A stretch of DNA of 64,000 nt from Chloroflexota bacterium (GCA_014360905.1 JACIWW010000004.1:71994-135993); one strand, 5' to 3'; counted from the first letter of the stretch, positions 1-10,362 are shown. Program-made: numbers and translations. The notes: generated from the sequence alone by a model not told the origin.

Positions 1-4
1 AGCC

Positions 5-1735
5 TTGTCCGAGCTTGCTCAGGTGGCAGTCGAGGGTGACAAAGAACTGGTAAGCGGTGGCGAGAATGTGGTTTTGGTGCTACCTGTGTTACAGCAATCT
101 GGTGGATTGCAGTACGATCAACAAGCAGATGAATATTGGTTTACCTACGAGGATGAGCAAGGTAGAAGTTGCCAGATTTGGTTGGAGAATGCAGCCAGTA
201 TGGATCGTAAGCTGCAGTTAATTGCTGACTACAACGTGCGTGGCTTGATCTTCGAAGATTTGCTGAACACACAGAATGATCAGCGCATATGGGATTTGGT
301 AGCGCATTTTAAGGAATTGCACATCCCGTCCATGGAGAGCGATTTCACCGTTGTTTGGACGGTAAAGGATCCCGCGGGTGGGGAATCCAGCCTTGAGAGC
401 TCTCTGTTGGAGGGGCAAGGGGAAGGGCCTTCTAGCGAGAGCAGCAAAGTGGCAAGCCAAGGGCTTACTGGTTCGAGTTACGTCTGGGAAGCCCCTGCGA
501 CACCGGGCAGTTATTTCATCGCGGCGGCTATTTCCGACGATGGCGGACGCACAACAAACGTGCGTAGCAATGACATTAGCCTGCTGGTTCCCAGCCCAAC
601 TCCTACACCTACACCAACTCCCACGCCTGCGCCAACGCCTACACCTACACCGAAACCAACGTCGAAGCCACAGGCAGTCTCAGCTGCTCCGAGTCGCGGG
701 CCAGGCTTTGACTATGGCATCCAGGGGGATGCGATTACCGATGCAGATCATGGTCGGCTTTTTGGGCTGATCCATCAATTAGGCTTTCGTTGGTACAAGC
801 AGCAAGTGGAGTGGTTCCGCTACAATCCTGCACCCGGACAATATGATTGGGGAGCGCTGGATCGTATCGTGGACAGTGCGAATGCTGCGGGCATCAAGTT
901 GCTATTCAGCGTGGTCAAGGCCCCAAAATGGGCTCGCCCGCCTGAAGATACCGATGAAGGCCCACCGGCTGATCCAAATACTTTTGGGACTTTCCTACGC
1001 GAAATGGCAGCTCGCTACAAAGGGCGCGTGCAAGCCTATGAAATCTGGAACGAACAAAACCTGTATTACGAATGGGGTGGCTTGGGGGGTAAGCTCAATG
1101 CGCGGAAGTACGTCGAGCTTTTGAAGGTGGCGTACCAGGCTATCAAGTCTGTGGATCCTAATGCCACTGTAGTGTCAGGGGCACTTACGCCAACGGGCTA
1201 CAATGATGGGAACATTGCCATTGATGACCGCATCTATTTGGAGCAGATGTATCAAGCGGGCTTAAAGAACTACTGCGATGCGATAGGTGCACATCCCAGT
1301 GGTTACAACAACCCGCCAGATGTTAGGTGGGAGACCTATCAAGACCCAACCGCTACCTTTAATGCCAAGGGGCATCCCAGTTGGTTCTTCCGGGGTACGA
1401 TGGAGAGCTATCGGAATATCATGTTGAAATACGGCGATGGCGCAAAACGGATCTGGCCTACAGAATTTGGCTGGGCTTCTGTGGAGGGCTTGGGCGTGCG
1501 GCCCGCTACCGGTTATGAATACGCTGCGGACAACACAGAGATGGAGCAGGCACAGTTCATCGTTCAGGCCTATCAACTGGCTAAGAGCTGGGGCTGGGTG
1601 GGACCCATGTTCCTGTGGAACCTCAACTTTGGCCCCATTTGTGGGCCTCAGAATGAAAAGTCCGCTTTCGGGATTATCCGACCGGATTGGAGCATGCGTC
1701 CGGCATTTGCTGCTTTGGTCAATATGCCCAAATAG
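5..1735 (+). CDS. Secreted multidomain glycoside hydrolase, GH5-like TIM-barrel. The 5' end lies outside the window. An N-terminal domain of unknown type is joined by a Pro/Thr linker to the catalytic domain, which carries an AYEIWNEQN motif.
   Basis: Long ORF running off the 5' edge of the window. PTPTPTPTPTPAPTPTPTPKP linker. An EIWNE(P/Q)N motif of the kind seen in clan GH-A / GH5 acid-base sites. Paralogous to the next ORF. Confidence 0.55.
   Translation: MSELAQVAVEGDKELVSGGENVVLVLPVLQQSGGLQYDQQADEYWFTYEDEQGRSCQIWLENAASMDRKLQLIADYNVRGLIFEDLLNTQNDQRIWDLVAHFKELHIPSMESDFTVVWTVKDPAGGESSLESSLLEGQGEGPSSESSKVASQGLTGSSYVWEAPATPGSYFIAAAISDDGGRTTNVRSNDISLLVPSPTPTPTPTPTPAPTPTPTPKPTSKPQAVSAAPSRGPGFDYGIQGDAITDADHGRLFGLIHQLGFRWYKQQVEWFRYNPAPGQYDWGALDRIVDSANAAGIKLLFSVVKAPKWARPPEDTDEGPPADPNTFGTFLREMAARYKGRVQAYEIWNEQNLYYEWGGLGGKLNARKYVELLKVAYQAIKSVDPNATVVSGALTPTGYNDGNIAIDDRIYLEQMYQAGLKNYCDAIGAHPSGYNNPPDVRWETYQDPTATFNAKGHPSWFFRGTMESYRNIMLKYGDGAKRIWPTEFGWASVEGLGVRPATGYEYAADNTEMEQAQFIVQAYQLAKSWGWVGPMFLWNLNFGPICGPQNEKSAFGIIRPDWSMRPAFAALVNMPK
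590..670 (+). repeat. Low-complexity Pro/Thr-codon tract (ccN-acN repeats) encoding an interdomain linker.
   Basis: Directly visible cct/cca/ccc-aca/act/acg alternation. Codons vary, so it is not an exact tandem DNA repeat. Confidence 0.6.
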
Positions 1736-1781
1736 TGCGTCTGCATCAGCAACTTCGCAACCTGGCTGCAAAGACAGGTCG

Positions 1782-1813
1782 CAGAGCACGGGAGTTCCCC
1801 GTGCTCTGTTTGT
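1782..1813 (+). terminator. Probable intrinsic terminator: an 11-bp GC-rich stem (cagagcacggg / cccgtgctctg) followed by TTTGT.
   Basis: Inverted repeat seen directly downstream of the stop codon at 1735. Confidence 0.45.
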
Positions 1814-1858
1814 GCTCGGCCTATAAGTGAACGGTAAAATACGTGAAGGAGCATTTTT

Positions 1859-3262
1859 GTGACTGAGACAAGACCAACTGGCTTGCTTCCAAACCAAAGC
1901 AAAGGATCGGTAATTTTATGGCTTGCGCTTGCCATGGTGATCATTGGAGTGATAGGACTGATCTGGCTGCTGTTCTTCAACCAACCTGCCACGCCCTCCG
2001 TTCCCGTTGCTACCCGTACGCCACGCCCAACGTTTACCAGCGTGGCACAGGTAACTCAACCCACTTTGCTGCCAGCAACTGCTGCGCCTGCATCGCCTAC
2101 TGCAACACCGATGCAACCAACGGTAATACCTGCGTTGCCGACCATTACTCCTGTGCCACCGACGGCGACATCAGCGGGACCAACCCCAATACCTACGGCC
2201 ACCCCCTTGCCCCCAGTTCCACCGCCAAAGCCCATGCGCATGAACTCCCCCGAATATGGCATGCAGGCTTTCTTGTGGTGGCGCCCGGAGGTTGCCAGCC
2301 GGGATATGGGCATGATCAAGGAAGCCGGCTTTACCTGGGTCAAGCAGAATATTGGCTGGCGCGATGTGGAGGGAGCAGCCAAAGGCGTGTTCGATTGGAG
2401 CCGAGTGGATTGGATCGTGTATGAGTGTAACAAGCTCGGGTTGGACCTCCTGGTACGCATAGACCATCAACCTCAATGGGCTGGAGGCAATTTTCCAACC
2501 AATGGCCCACCCAATAATTATGCTGATTTGGGTGATTTTCTGTACACAATGGCCAGCCGATACAAAGGGCGTATTCGCGCCTACGAGATCTGGAATGAGC
2601 CCAATCTGGCCCGTGAGTGGGGCGGCCGTCCTCCTAATGCAGCGCAGTACGTGCGGTTGTTGCGGGAAGCATTTCGGCGCATCAAGCAAGCGGATCCGAC
2701 TGCGATGGTGATTAGCGCGGGACTGACACCAACAGGAACCTACTCTCCTGAAGCCACACCTGACGATGTCTATCTGGAGCAGATGTACCAGGCGATGGGA
2801 GGCAACAGCGATGGCTACTTTGATGTGTTGGGAGTCCATGCTGCGGGCTATAAGGCACCACCGGAGTTAAGTCCTGACGAGGCTGCACAGAACCCTTACT
2901 ATGGCGGTCAACGCTTCTTCTGTTTTCGACGGGTTGAAGATCTCCGCCGCATCATGGAGAAGTACGGCGATGCCGACAAACAAGTTGCTGTGCTTGAATT
3001 TGGTTGGACGAGTGACCCAATTCACCCTGACTATTCGTGGCATGCTGTCGATGAGGAGACGAAAGCAGATTATTTTGTGCGGGCATATAAATGGGCAAAG
3101 GAGAATTGGTCGCCCTGGATAGGATTGATGAGCCTCATCTACATCGCTGACCCGGATTGGACGCCAGACGACGAACAATATTGGTGGGCCATCTCTGAGC
3201 CTGGCTACCCAGAGTTTCGTCCACGTCCTGCGTACGTTAAGCTGAAAGCAATGCCGAAGTAG
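1859..3262 (+). CDS. Membrane-anchored GH5-like glycoside hydrolase. N-terminal TM helix, long Pro/Thr/Ala linker, then a catalytic domain with an AYEIWNEPN motif. Paralog of the upstream ORF.
   Basis: 467-aa ORF. Hydrophobic N-terminus ILWLALAMVIIGVIGLIWLLFF. The catalytic domain aligns by eye with ORF 5..1735 (YKGR..AYEIWNE, GLTPTG, YLEQMYQA). Confidence 0.55.
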   Translation: MTETRPTGLLPNQSKGSVILWLALAMVIIGVIGLIWLLFFNQPATPSVPVATRTPRPTFTSVAQVTQPTLLPATAAPASPTATPMQPTVIPALPTITPVPPTATSAGPTPIPTATPLPPVPPPKPMRMNSPEYGMQAFLWWRPEVASRDMGMIKEAGFTWVKQNIGWRDVEGAAKGVFDWSRVDWIVYECNKLGLDLLVRIDHQPQWAGGNFPTNGPPNNYADLGDFLYTMASRYKGRIRAYEIWNEPNLAREWGGRPPNAAQYVRLLREAFRRIKQADPTAMVISAGLTPTGTYSPEATPDDVYLEQMYQAMGGNSDGYFDVLGVHAAGYKAPPELSPDEAAQNPYYGGQRFFCFRRVEDLRRIMEKYGDADKQVAVLEFGWTSDPIHPDYSWHAVDEETKADYFVRAYKWAKENWSPWIGLMSLIYIADPDWTPDDEQYWWAISEPGYPEFRPRPAYVKLKAMPK

Positions 3263-3307
3263 TTAGGACTCTTTACGTGGTGATCACGAGGCGAGTTTAC
3301 ACTTTCT

Positions 3308-3336
3308 TTGACAATAGAGGTCATCTGCGATATACT
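3308..3336 (+). promoter_or_regulatory. Sigma70-type promoter: TTGACA, 17-nt spacer, TATACT. It sits upstream of murA-mreB.
   Basis: Exact -35 consensus and a 5/6 match to the -10 at 17-bp spacing, about 75 bp upstream of the murA start. Confidence 0.5.
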
Positions 3337-3412
3337 CATAGCTGGTGAAGTCCATTTGCACAGGAATGTCTTTCAACTAATTAGCTGACAATGTTGACAG
3401 CGTGGTGAGGGA

Positions 3413-4675
3413 ATGCGTATCGTAGTAGAGGGTGGTCATAAGTTAGAAGGCGAGGTATCCATTTCTGGTGCTAAGAACGCCGCTTTGCCCATTTTGGCAG
3501 CGACGTTGCTCACTCCCGATGAGTGTCTGCTGGAAAACTTGCCGGATATCGAAGATATCCGCACCATGATCGCATTGTTGCGCAGCCTGGGAGCTAATGT
3601 CAGGGTGGAGAGTGCCCACAGTGTGGCAGTCAAGACAGGGAATTTGACGCAGTCTTCTGTTCCGCCCGATCTGGCCACCAAGATGCGAGCCAGCTTCCTC
3701 ATTGTGGGTGCACTGCTGGGACGTCTAGGACAGGCTGAGGCACCTCATCCCGGTGGCTGTGCCATTGGTACCCGACCTGTTGGTGTTGACTTAAAGGGTT
3801 TTCAGGCGATGGGCACCAAGGTGGACCGTCTGAATGGCAATTATGCTCTGCGCGTACGTAAGTTGACTGGCGAGAGGATTTCTCTGGACTACCCCAGTCA
3901 CACGGGTACAGAGAACCTCATGCTGGCTGCATGCCTGGCAGACGGCACTACCATTATCGAGAATGCCTCTGTCGAGCCAGAAGTTGTTGACCTGGCTAGC
4001 TTTCTCAATGCGATGGGTGCGCGCATCTACGGTGCTGGTACGGGCATTATCCAAATCGAGGGTGTGCGTAGATTGCACGGTGCTGTTTATCGCGTGATGC
4101 CAGATCGTCTGGAAGCAGGGACTTTTGCCATTGCTGCCGCGATAACGAAGGGAGACGTAACCATCCAAGGGCGTGTTGCGCGATATTTGGGCGCTTTGAG
4201 CAGCAAACTCACCGAAGCAGGCATATTGGTAACTGCGGAAAAGGAAATATACCGAGTAAAGGGCCGCGAGCGCCTTTCCGCTATTGATATACAGACCTTC
4301 CCTTATCCAGGCTTTCCGACCGACTTGCAGGCTCCTACAGGCGCTTTGTTGACACAGGCGCATGGCGAGAGTTCAATCCATGAGACAATGTACGATGGCC
4401 GCTTACTGTATGCGGGTGAATTGCAGAAAATGGGTGCCGATATCAAAGTGGAAGGACAAACCGCCTTGATCAGAGGGCCAAGCAAGCTGCGAGGTTGTGA
4501 AGTAAGGGCATTAGACATCCGTTCGGGTGCTGCGGTGATCTTGGCCGCTCTTGTCGCAGAGGGGAAGACTGTGGTTTCGAACATGGGCTATGTAGACCGT
4601 GGCTATGAGGGAATTGACCAGAAACTGAATTCACTAGGAGCCAGGATTCAGAGGGTTGCAGAAGCTGGCCAATAG
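3413..4675 (+). CDS. murA: UDP-N-acetylglucosamine 1-carboxyvinyltransferase MurA.
   Basis: 420 aa. N-terminal [21 protein letters not shown] and overall co-linearity with E. coli MurA from memory (RGYE..KL..LGA at the C-terminus). Confidence 0.9.
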   Translation: MRIVVEGGHKLEGEVSISGAKNAALPILAATLLTPDECLLENLPDIEDIRTMIALLRSLGANVRVESAHSVAVKTGNLTQSSVPPDLATKMRASFLIVGALLGRLGQAEAPHPGGCAIGTRPVGVDLKGFQAMGTKVDRLNGNYALRVRKLTGERISLDYPSHTGTENLMLAACLADGTTIIENASVEPEVVDLASFLNAMGARIYGAGTGIIQIEGVRRLHGAVYRVMPDRLEAGTFAIAAAITKGDVTIQGRVARYLGALSSKLTEAGILVTAEKEIYRVKGRERLSAIDIQTFPYPGFPTDLQAPTGALLTQAHGESSIHETMYDGRLLYAGELQKMGADIKVEGQTALIRGPSKLRGCEVRALDIRSGAAVILAALVAEGKTVVSNMGYVDRGYEGIDQKLNSLGARIQRVAEAGQ

Positions 4676-4707
4676 GTTTTTGCACTGATAGAGCAATAGG
4701 AGGTTGA

Positions 4708-5712
4708 ATGCTCACAAAGCAGATAGGCATTGATCTTGGTACAGTAAATGTGTTGGTATTTGTGCGCGGCAAAGGCATTGTGCTGCGTGAGCCTTCTGTA
4801 GTCGCCGTTTCTACCAATGACAGCCGTATTGTGGCTGTGGGTGAAGAGGCTCGCCTGATGCTTGGACGTACACCAGAAACGATTGAAGTGATACGTCCCA
4901 TGCGCGGGGGCGTCATCGCTGACTACGTCGTCACGGAAGCCATGCTCCGCTATTTCATTGCCAGGGTTTGTGGGCGTTTTCGTCTGCTCCGTCCAGAGGT
5001 AATGATTAGCGTGCCAGTGGGGGTTACGAGCGTGGAAAGCCGTGCGGTGAAGGATGCGGCTATCCAGGCAGGAGCCAAAACTGCTTATCTGATTCCAGAA
5101 CCACTGGCTGCTGCTCTTGGTGCTGATATGCCGGTTCATACTCCAACGGGCAACATGGTCGTGAATATCGGTGGAGGCATTAGTGAAGCAGCTGTTATAT
5201 CAGTCAATGGGATTGTCGTTGCGAACTCTGTTCGCGTCGGTGGTATTAAGATTGACGAAGCCATTGCAACTTATATACGACGCAAGTATAATTTGTTGGT
5301 CGGAGATCAAACTGCCGAGGAGATCAAGATTCGCATAGGCAGCGCGTTGCCCCTCGATGAGAAATTGAAAATGGAGATACGTGGTCGGGACCAGGTGACC
5401 GGTTTGCCTAAGACGATTACCATCAGCTCTGCTGAGATCACGGAAGCCATAGTCGAACCTCTGGCTGCTATCGCTGCCAGTGTGAAGGCAGTCCTAGAAA
5501 AAACCCCGCCTGAACTGGCTTCGGATATTATTGATCGCGGTATCGTTATGACTGGTGGAGGCGCATTGCTGCGTAACGTGGATCGTTTCTTGACTAAGGA
5601 GACTGGGGTGCCTTGTCACGTGGCAGAAGATCCATTGGCATGTGTAGCGATAGGTGCTGGGAAAGCTCTGGAACGGTACAATATATTGAAACGCAGTTTG
5701 CCTGCATTGTAG
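4708..5712 (+). CDS. mreB: Rod-shape-determining protein MreB (actin-like ATPase).
   Basis: 334 aa. IGIDLGTVN phosphate-1 motif. Typical MreB length. RBS aggagg upstream. Confidence 0.85.
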   Translation: MLTKQIGIDLGTVNVLVFVRGKGIVLREPSVVAVSTNDSRIVAVGEEARLMLGRTPETIEVIRPMRGGVIADYVVTEAMLRYFIARVCGRFRLLRPEVMISVPVGVTSVESRAVKDAAIQAGAKTAYLIPEPLAAALGADMPVHTPTGNMVVNIGGGISEAAVISVNGIVVANSVRVGGIKIDEAIATYIRRKYNLLVGDQTAEEIKIRIGSALPLDEKLKMEIRGRDQVTGLPKTITISSAEITEAIVEPLAAIAASVKAVLEKTPPELASDIIDRGIVMTGGGALLRNVDRFLTKETGVPCHVAEDPLACVAIGAGKALERYNILKRSLPAL

Positions 5713-5784
5713 ATTCTGTCAGCACCCGTTGGGCCGGTGAAGCAGATATAGGGCTTGTGTACGTGCATCCTTGCATGTAGGGAG

Positions 5785-6417
5785 TTACATCTGTTCGAGG
5801 TTAAGATAATAGGTCATGCTCTGTAGGCCGATGACCGGGTCTATGTAATGTACTTGCACGCTAGGTGGCAGACGCAAAGGGATGGGGGCATAGCTCAAGA
5901 TAGCCTTGATGCCGGCATTGACTAGAGCGTCAGCGACGCCTTGAGCTTCGCTGGCTGGTACAGCAATGATGGCAATGCGTATCCCCTGCTCCTGAATTAC
6001 TTCGTGCAGCTTGGTAACATCGAGGACTTTCAATCTCCCAATCTGACGCCCGATTTTCTGCTTATCCTTGTCTAGGACAGCCGTGATTTCAAAACCACCT
6101 TCTTCAAAGCCGCTGTAGCGCATGATGGCTCGTCCGAGATCACCAGCACCGATCAAGGCTACCTTCCAGCGTTGGCTTACTTGCAAAATTTGCCGTAGTT
6201 GTTCCTGCAGGTGTTGGACACTGTACCCAGTCCCTTGTTTGCCAAACTCGCCGAAATAGGACAGGTCTTTGCGTATCTGGGTGGAACTGATACCCAGCCT
6301 CTCTCCCATCTCTTGCGATGATGTCACAGTTTGTCCTTGTTCAGCCATCAAGTTCAGCGTGCGTAGATACAAGGGTAAGCGTCTGATAACAATCTCCGGG
6401 ATTTCCAAGGGATTCAT
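5785..6417 (-). CDS. rex: Redox-sensing transcriptional repressor Rex.
   Basis: 210 aa. N-terminal winged-helix IPEIVIRRLPLYLRTL plus a Rossmann GxGxxG motif (ALIGAGDLGRA), typical of Rex. Confidence 0.85.
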   Translation of the reverse strand: MNPLEIPEIVIRRLPLYLRTLNLMAEQGQTVTSSQEMGERLGISSTQIRKDLSYFGEFGKQGTGYSVQHLQEQLRQILQVSQRWKVALIGAGDLGRAIMRYSGFEEGGFEITAVLDKDKQKIGRQIGRLKVLDVTKLHEVIQEQGIRIAIIAVPASEAQGVADALVNAGIKAILSYAPIPLRLPPSVQVHYIDPVIGLQSMTYYLNLEQM

Positions 6418-6625
6418 CGGTGCCTCCTGGAGCGTGATACATCTTCTCTAGTAGGGGTCTGTAGTATTATATATTTTAGCACAAATCTGGCATTTGCCCA
6501 AAATTAGGCGAGCTTCGCTAAATATGTTGCTTGTATCAAATGTGTTTGCTTCGTTCTGAGCTCTGACCGATGTACGGGAATGTTTACAAGGAATTGCCGC
6601 GGGATCAGTAGCAGCGCATGAGGAG

Positions 6626-7072
6626 GTGATGGGCATGCCATTCAATTGCAGGGAGCATTTCATACGCCTGGTGGTGGGGGCCGCAATGCTCTGTATTTTG
6701 GTCAGTTGTAGCTCTACGGACCTACCTCCTGAAGGCAAAGACGCGCTAGATGAAGCCATTGCTCGACTGGCTGGTACGAAGGTAAGCTACAACATCGTAT
6801 CTGCTCAAAAAGCACCGGGAACACCAGGAGAACAGGTCGTTGTCCCCCAGCAGTCATCCAATACTGGAATCTTCGCCTGTCCACCTGATTCCGGCGATCG
6901 AGAAACCTGGTGCGTGGTGATTGGTCAGGAGGTTACAGACAAGATAGGACGCCATTACTCCCACTTCTTGCTCAGAAGACTGGGCAATTCCTGGTATGTG
7001 GAGGAACTGACCGAGGCAGAGGCGCGCCGTTTTGAGTACGTTGGCTGCAGCAACTGGAATGCCCAGCGTTAA
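6626..7072 (+). CDS. Hypothetical lipoprotein (signal peptide with an LVSC lipobox-like motif).
   Basis: 148-aa ORF with a hydrophobic N-terminus and a Cys after LVS. No family recognised. Confidence 0.4.
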   Translation: MMGMPFNCREHFIRLVVGAAMLCILVSCSSTDLPPEGKDALDEAIARLAGTKVSYNIVSAQKAPGTPGEQVVVPQQSSNTGIFACPPDSGDRETWCVVIGQEVTDKIGRHYSHFLLRRLGNSWYVEELTEAEARRFEYVGCSNWNAQR

Positions 7073-7079
7073 AAACCGA

Positions 7080-8675
7080 TTACGTGCCGAACTTCATGTC
7101 AGGCGGGCTGTATGCTCGTGTCCAGATATCAGCATATGCAGCAACTTCTGCTTCCCACCGTTCATCGCCCCAAGCTAATTCTGGCTGGACGATGGCGCGA
7201 ATGCGCTCCATAAGAGGCAGCGCACCGTGTGGCAAAAGCAGACCAATGCGCACCCGTCGCAGTAGTAGATCATCCAGATGGACCACTCCTTCATGGCGCG
7301 CTGCCCAGCGCAGCTCGGCCCATAGCGTATCTGTTTCTGGGATAATATCCAACTCATCGGGTTTAGCTGCTGCTACAAGTGCCGCAGCATGCATACCATA
7401 GCGCCCTAAAAGGCGTTGGCGTGCATACGTGTCCAGCTTTGTGGAGCCATTTAGGTCGGGTGGCACCGGATCAAACATGGGAGCATGGCCATCGGGATTG
7501 GGCATCGCGGACCAGACACGTTGCGCTGTGCGCAGTGCGTCCAATGCCATCGGACGGAAGGTGGTCAGCTTACCCCCAGTGATCGTAACCAGCCCATTCT
7601 CCTCTAAGACAATGTGGGCACGCGATTCTTTGTGTGGATCCACCCCTTTTCCCGAGGCAACGATAGGGCGTACCCCAGAGAAGGTCGCCATGATATCCTT
7701 TGTCTGCAGACGCAAAGACGGGAATTTGGCTTCCAATGCCTCCATAATGTATTCGATCTCGTTGGATTCCACACGGGGTTCTTCGTCAAGCGGCTGCCTG
7801 TGATCCAGATCTGTGGTCCCGGCAAGTGCAGCTCCCTCCCAGGGGAGGACGAATACAGGGCGCTTGTCGCGAGGATGAACGAGGGTGATCGCCTGTGCCA
7901 CAGGCAGGCGCCAGGCAGGAAAAAGGAGATGGCTGCCACGCGAGGGGCGAATGCGCGGTTGTCCACCCACCTGAGTGCGTAACTGGTCGGCCCAGGCACC
8001 TGTCGCACTGATTACCACTCGCGCCTCTAGCTCCAGCGTGCGTTCAGTCAGCCTGTCACGCACCACCACTCCCCTCACTTTTCCGTCATGTCCTAAAAGC
8101 AAGTGTTCTGCTGCGGCATAATTCAGAGCGACACCCCCAGCATCTACTGCTTCAAGGATAAGTCGCAATACAAGCCGTGCGTCATCCGTCACGGCGTCGA
8201 AGTAACGGTATCCACCCTTGAGCCTTTCTCGATTGATATGGGGCGCAAGCATGAGAAAATCATCGCCTTTGTAATAGCGATGCGCCCATTTGTGCCCAAA
8301 CAAATCGTATGCTGCCAGCCCGATAGCTGCAGTGCTGTGGCTTGGGGACTCTCCTCGATAGATCCCAAACAGAAAACCTAGGGGATTAATCAGCCCTGGA
8401 GCCTGGTTCATCAGCCATTCTCGCTCCCGCACGGCTTGGCGTGTTACGCTATACTGTCCCTGCGCCAGATAGCGGAGACCACCGTGAACCAGTTTGGTCG
8501 AACGGCTGGAAGTGCCCCAGGCGAAATCATTCTTCTCAATAAGCAGCGTGCGCAGGTGCAGATGTGTTGCCTGGCGTAGAATACCTGCACCTGTGATACC
8601 GCCCCCAATAACGATGAGATCCCAGGGCTGATCGAGTTGGGACCAGACATCGTTGCGCCAATCACCTTGCCACAT
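7080..8675 (-). CDS. glpD: FAD-dependent glycerol-3-phosphate dehydrogenase (GlpA/GlpD family).
   Basis: 531 aa. DLIVIGGGITGAG dinucleotide-binding motif and an STKLVHGGLRYL motif characteristic of the GlpD family. Confidence 0.8.
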   Translation of the reverse strand: MWQGDWRNDVWSQLDQPWDLIVIGGGITGAGILRQATHLHLRTLLIEKNDFAWGTSSRSTKLVHGGLRYLAQGQYSVTRQAVREREWLMNQAPGLINPLGFLFGIYRGESPSHSTAAIGLAAYDLFGHKWAHRYYKGDDFLMLAPHINRERLKGGYRYFDAVTDDARLVLRLILEAVDAGGVALNYAAAEHLLLGHDGKVRGVVVRDRLTERTLELEARVVISATGAWADQLRTQVGGQPRIRPSRGSHLLFPAWRLPVAQAITLVHPRDKRPVFVLPWEGAALAGTTDLDHRQPLDEEPRVESNEIEYIMEALEAKFPSLRLQTKDIMATFSGVRPIVASGKGVDPHKESRAHIVLEENGLVTITGGKLTTFRPMALDALRTAQRVWSAMPNPDGHAPMFDPVPPDLNGSTKLDTYARQRLLGRYGMHAAALVAAAKPDELDIIPETDTLWAELRWAARHEGVVHLDDLLLRRVRIGLLLPHGALPLMERIRAIVQPELAWGDERWEAEVAAYADIWTRAYSPPDMKFGT

Positions 8676-8760
8676 TGTTATGCTCCTAAAAATGGATTCA
8701 GGTACGGGATGCCCAAAAACGTGCTACAGCGCAGCCAGCATCCCCATCATTCCTATGCTT

Positions 8761-10362
8761 CTATTGCTCAATCAGTTTCTTAGGGTTCATGATACCATCT
8801 GGGTCAAAGCATTGGCATAGAGCGTGCAATGCCGTCATGCCCAATGCGCCCTTCTCCGCAGCAAGATAGGGCAAATGGTCAGTGCCGATGCCATGCTGAT
8901 GAGTGATCGTTCCACCGGCCGCTACAATCGCTTTGCTGGCCGCTGTTTTCAAAACTTGCCAGCGGCGCAATGTTTCCTCAGGGTCACCACTCTCAGGGAT
9001 GCGGTAGAGATAGGTGGTATAGACATTAGAGCCCCATGGATAGGTGTGAGAGAGATGGCTAAACACAAGCACTCGCTCTCCAACATCCTGCAATCCATTG
9101 CGCAGAGCTTGTTCAATCACCTCAACCATGTGGGTGATGTTGCTCCATTGCGTGGCAGTTTCCAAGGTATCGAGGGCGTAGCCCATCTCCCATAGGGTAT
9201 TGCGCAAATACGGTGTGCGGAACCTGCTCTTGCGCCACTGATTGCCAAAGAGCTGTCCGAGGTGCATACCGCGGTATTTCCTGGCCACGGCCAGTGCTTC
9301 CTCGCGGCCGAGCCGCACTGACGTGGTGCTTCCTGTGATGCCTATGATGAGCATACAGCGCTGCTCACCAACTCCGCGCAGCCGCAGCAACTCCTTGAGC
9401 AGGCGAATAACTCGTTCGTGACCAGCTAGTGCGAGCGTTGTTTCGGTCTCAAGGGGTGTGCTCAAGCGCAGCATGGATAGCGGAAGCCGCGCTTGCATCA
9501 TCTCACGCACTGCTTCCTGACCCTGCCCAAAGTCTGGGAAAAAGACTGCGCGAAATTCTTCACACTCCGGTAACTTCCTGACGCGTACGGTTGCTTCGGT
9601 AAGGATGCCCAATCGTCCTTCAGAGCCAAGCACAATCTCACGCAAATCTGGCCCAGCTGCCGAGGCAGGGAATGGAGGCAAGATCATGGTGCCAGCAGGG
9701 GCTTCTAGTCGTCCTCCAGCGAACATCGCCTCTATCCGGCCATAGCCCAGTGATTGCTGGCCATTCGAACGGGTGACGATCCAGCCGCCAAGACTGGACA
9801 GTTCGAAGGACTGTGGAAAATGCCCCAGAGTAAAGCCGCGTGCTCGAAGCTGTGCCTCTAAATCAGGGCCGAAAACGCCTGCTCCAAAAGTAGCTAGGTG
9901 GCTGATCTCGTCGAAATGCAGCAATCGGTTCATTCTGCCCAAATCCACAGTCAGTACTGGCGCGTCTCCAGGTAAGACATTGATATGCCCAACCACGCTG
10001 GTTCCCCCACCGTAGGGAATCAGATGGGCTCCAACGCGGGACGCGTAGGCGAGTAGCTCTCTGACTTGATCATTCGTGGTGGGATAAGCCACTCCGTCGG
10101 GAAAGGCTGGAATACGCCCACTGCGCAGGGCAATCCAATCCGGCAGGCTCTGGCCACGAGCATGGTATACACGCTCGAGCGGGTCTGTGTTCACTAGGGG
10201 ATGGGGTGGCAGGCGGGAGTCAGGTACTGAGGCAATTACCTTATCTAAAGTAGCATCACGAGGTGGTGAAGCTGGCCCAATCCTTTCTTGCAAGAAAGGT
10301 ACTGCTGAATCCGGCAAGGGATAGACAAACGTCTCATCGCCCCATCCATTCCATCGTCTCAT
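8761..10362 (-). CDS. FAD-linked oxidase of the VAO/PCMH family, most similar in layout to alkyl-dihydroxyacetonephosphate synthase (AGPS-like).
   Basis: 533 aa. N-terminal RRWNGWGDE motif, which I recall from AGPS homologues. FAD-binding PCMH-type domain (YGGGTSVVG). C-terminal HQHGIG motif. Confidence 0.55.
   Translation of the reverse strand: MRRWNGWGDETFVYPLPDSAVPFLQERIGPASPPRDATLDKVIASVPDSRLPPHPLVNTDPLERVYHARGQSLPDWIALRSGRIPAFPDGVAYPTTNDQVRELLAYASRVGAHLIPYGGGTSVVGHINVLPGDAPVLTVDLGRMNRLLHFDEISHLATFGAGVFGPDLEAQLRARGFTLGHFPQSFELSSLGGWIVTRSNGQQSLGYGRIEAMFAGGRLEAPAGTMILPPFPASAAGPDLREIVLGSEGRLGILTEATVRVRKLPECEEFRAVFFPDFGQGQEAVREMMQARLPLSMLRLSTPLETETTLALAGHERVIRLLKELLRLRGVGEQRCMLIIGITGSTTSVRLGREEALAVARKYRGMHLGQLFGNQWRKSRFRTPYLRNTLWEMGYALDTLETATQWSNITHMVEVIEQALRNGLQDVGERVLVFSHLSHTYPWGSNVYTTYLYRIPESGDPEETLRRWQVLKTAASKAIVAAGGTITHQHGIGTDHLPYLAAEKGALGMTALHALCQCFDPDGIMNPKKLIEQ

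Noticed and set aside
590-670. The Pro/Thr-coding tract as a VNTR or DNA tandem repeat.
   Set aside because: Codon usage varies (cct/cca/ccc/ccg and aca/act/acg), so the DNA is not an exact tandem repeat. It is a protein-level low-complexity linker.
378-770. Many internal or antisense ORFs from the six-frame track (e.g. 378..770, 1262..1897, 2171..2839, 17018..17482, 17495..18025, 20948..21538, 58527..59039).
   Set aside because: Each lies wholly inside, or antisense to, an ORF with strong family-level motifs. Their translations are Arg/Ser/Cys-rich and low-complexity, typical of off-frame GC-rich noise.
6418-6625. Possible Rex operator (imperfect palindrome GCACAAAT-N5-ATTTGCCC) in the rex upstream region.
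   Set aside because: Only 5-bp arms match, and there is no TTGTGAA...TTCACAA consensus. This is not enough to call a binding site.
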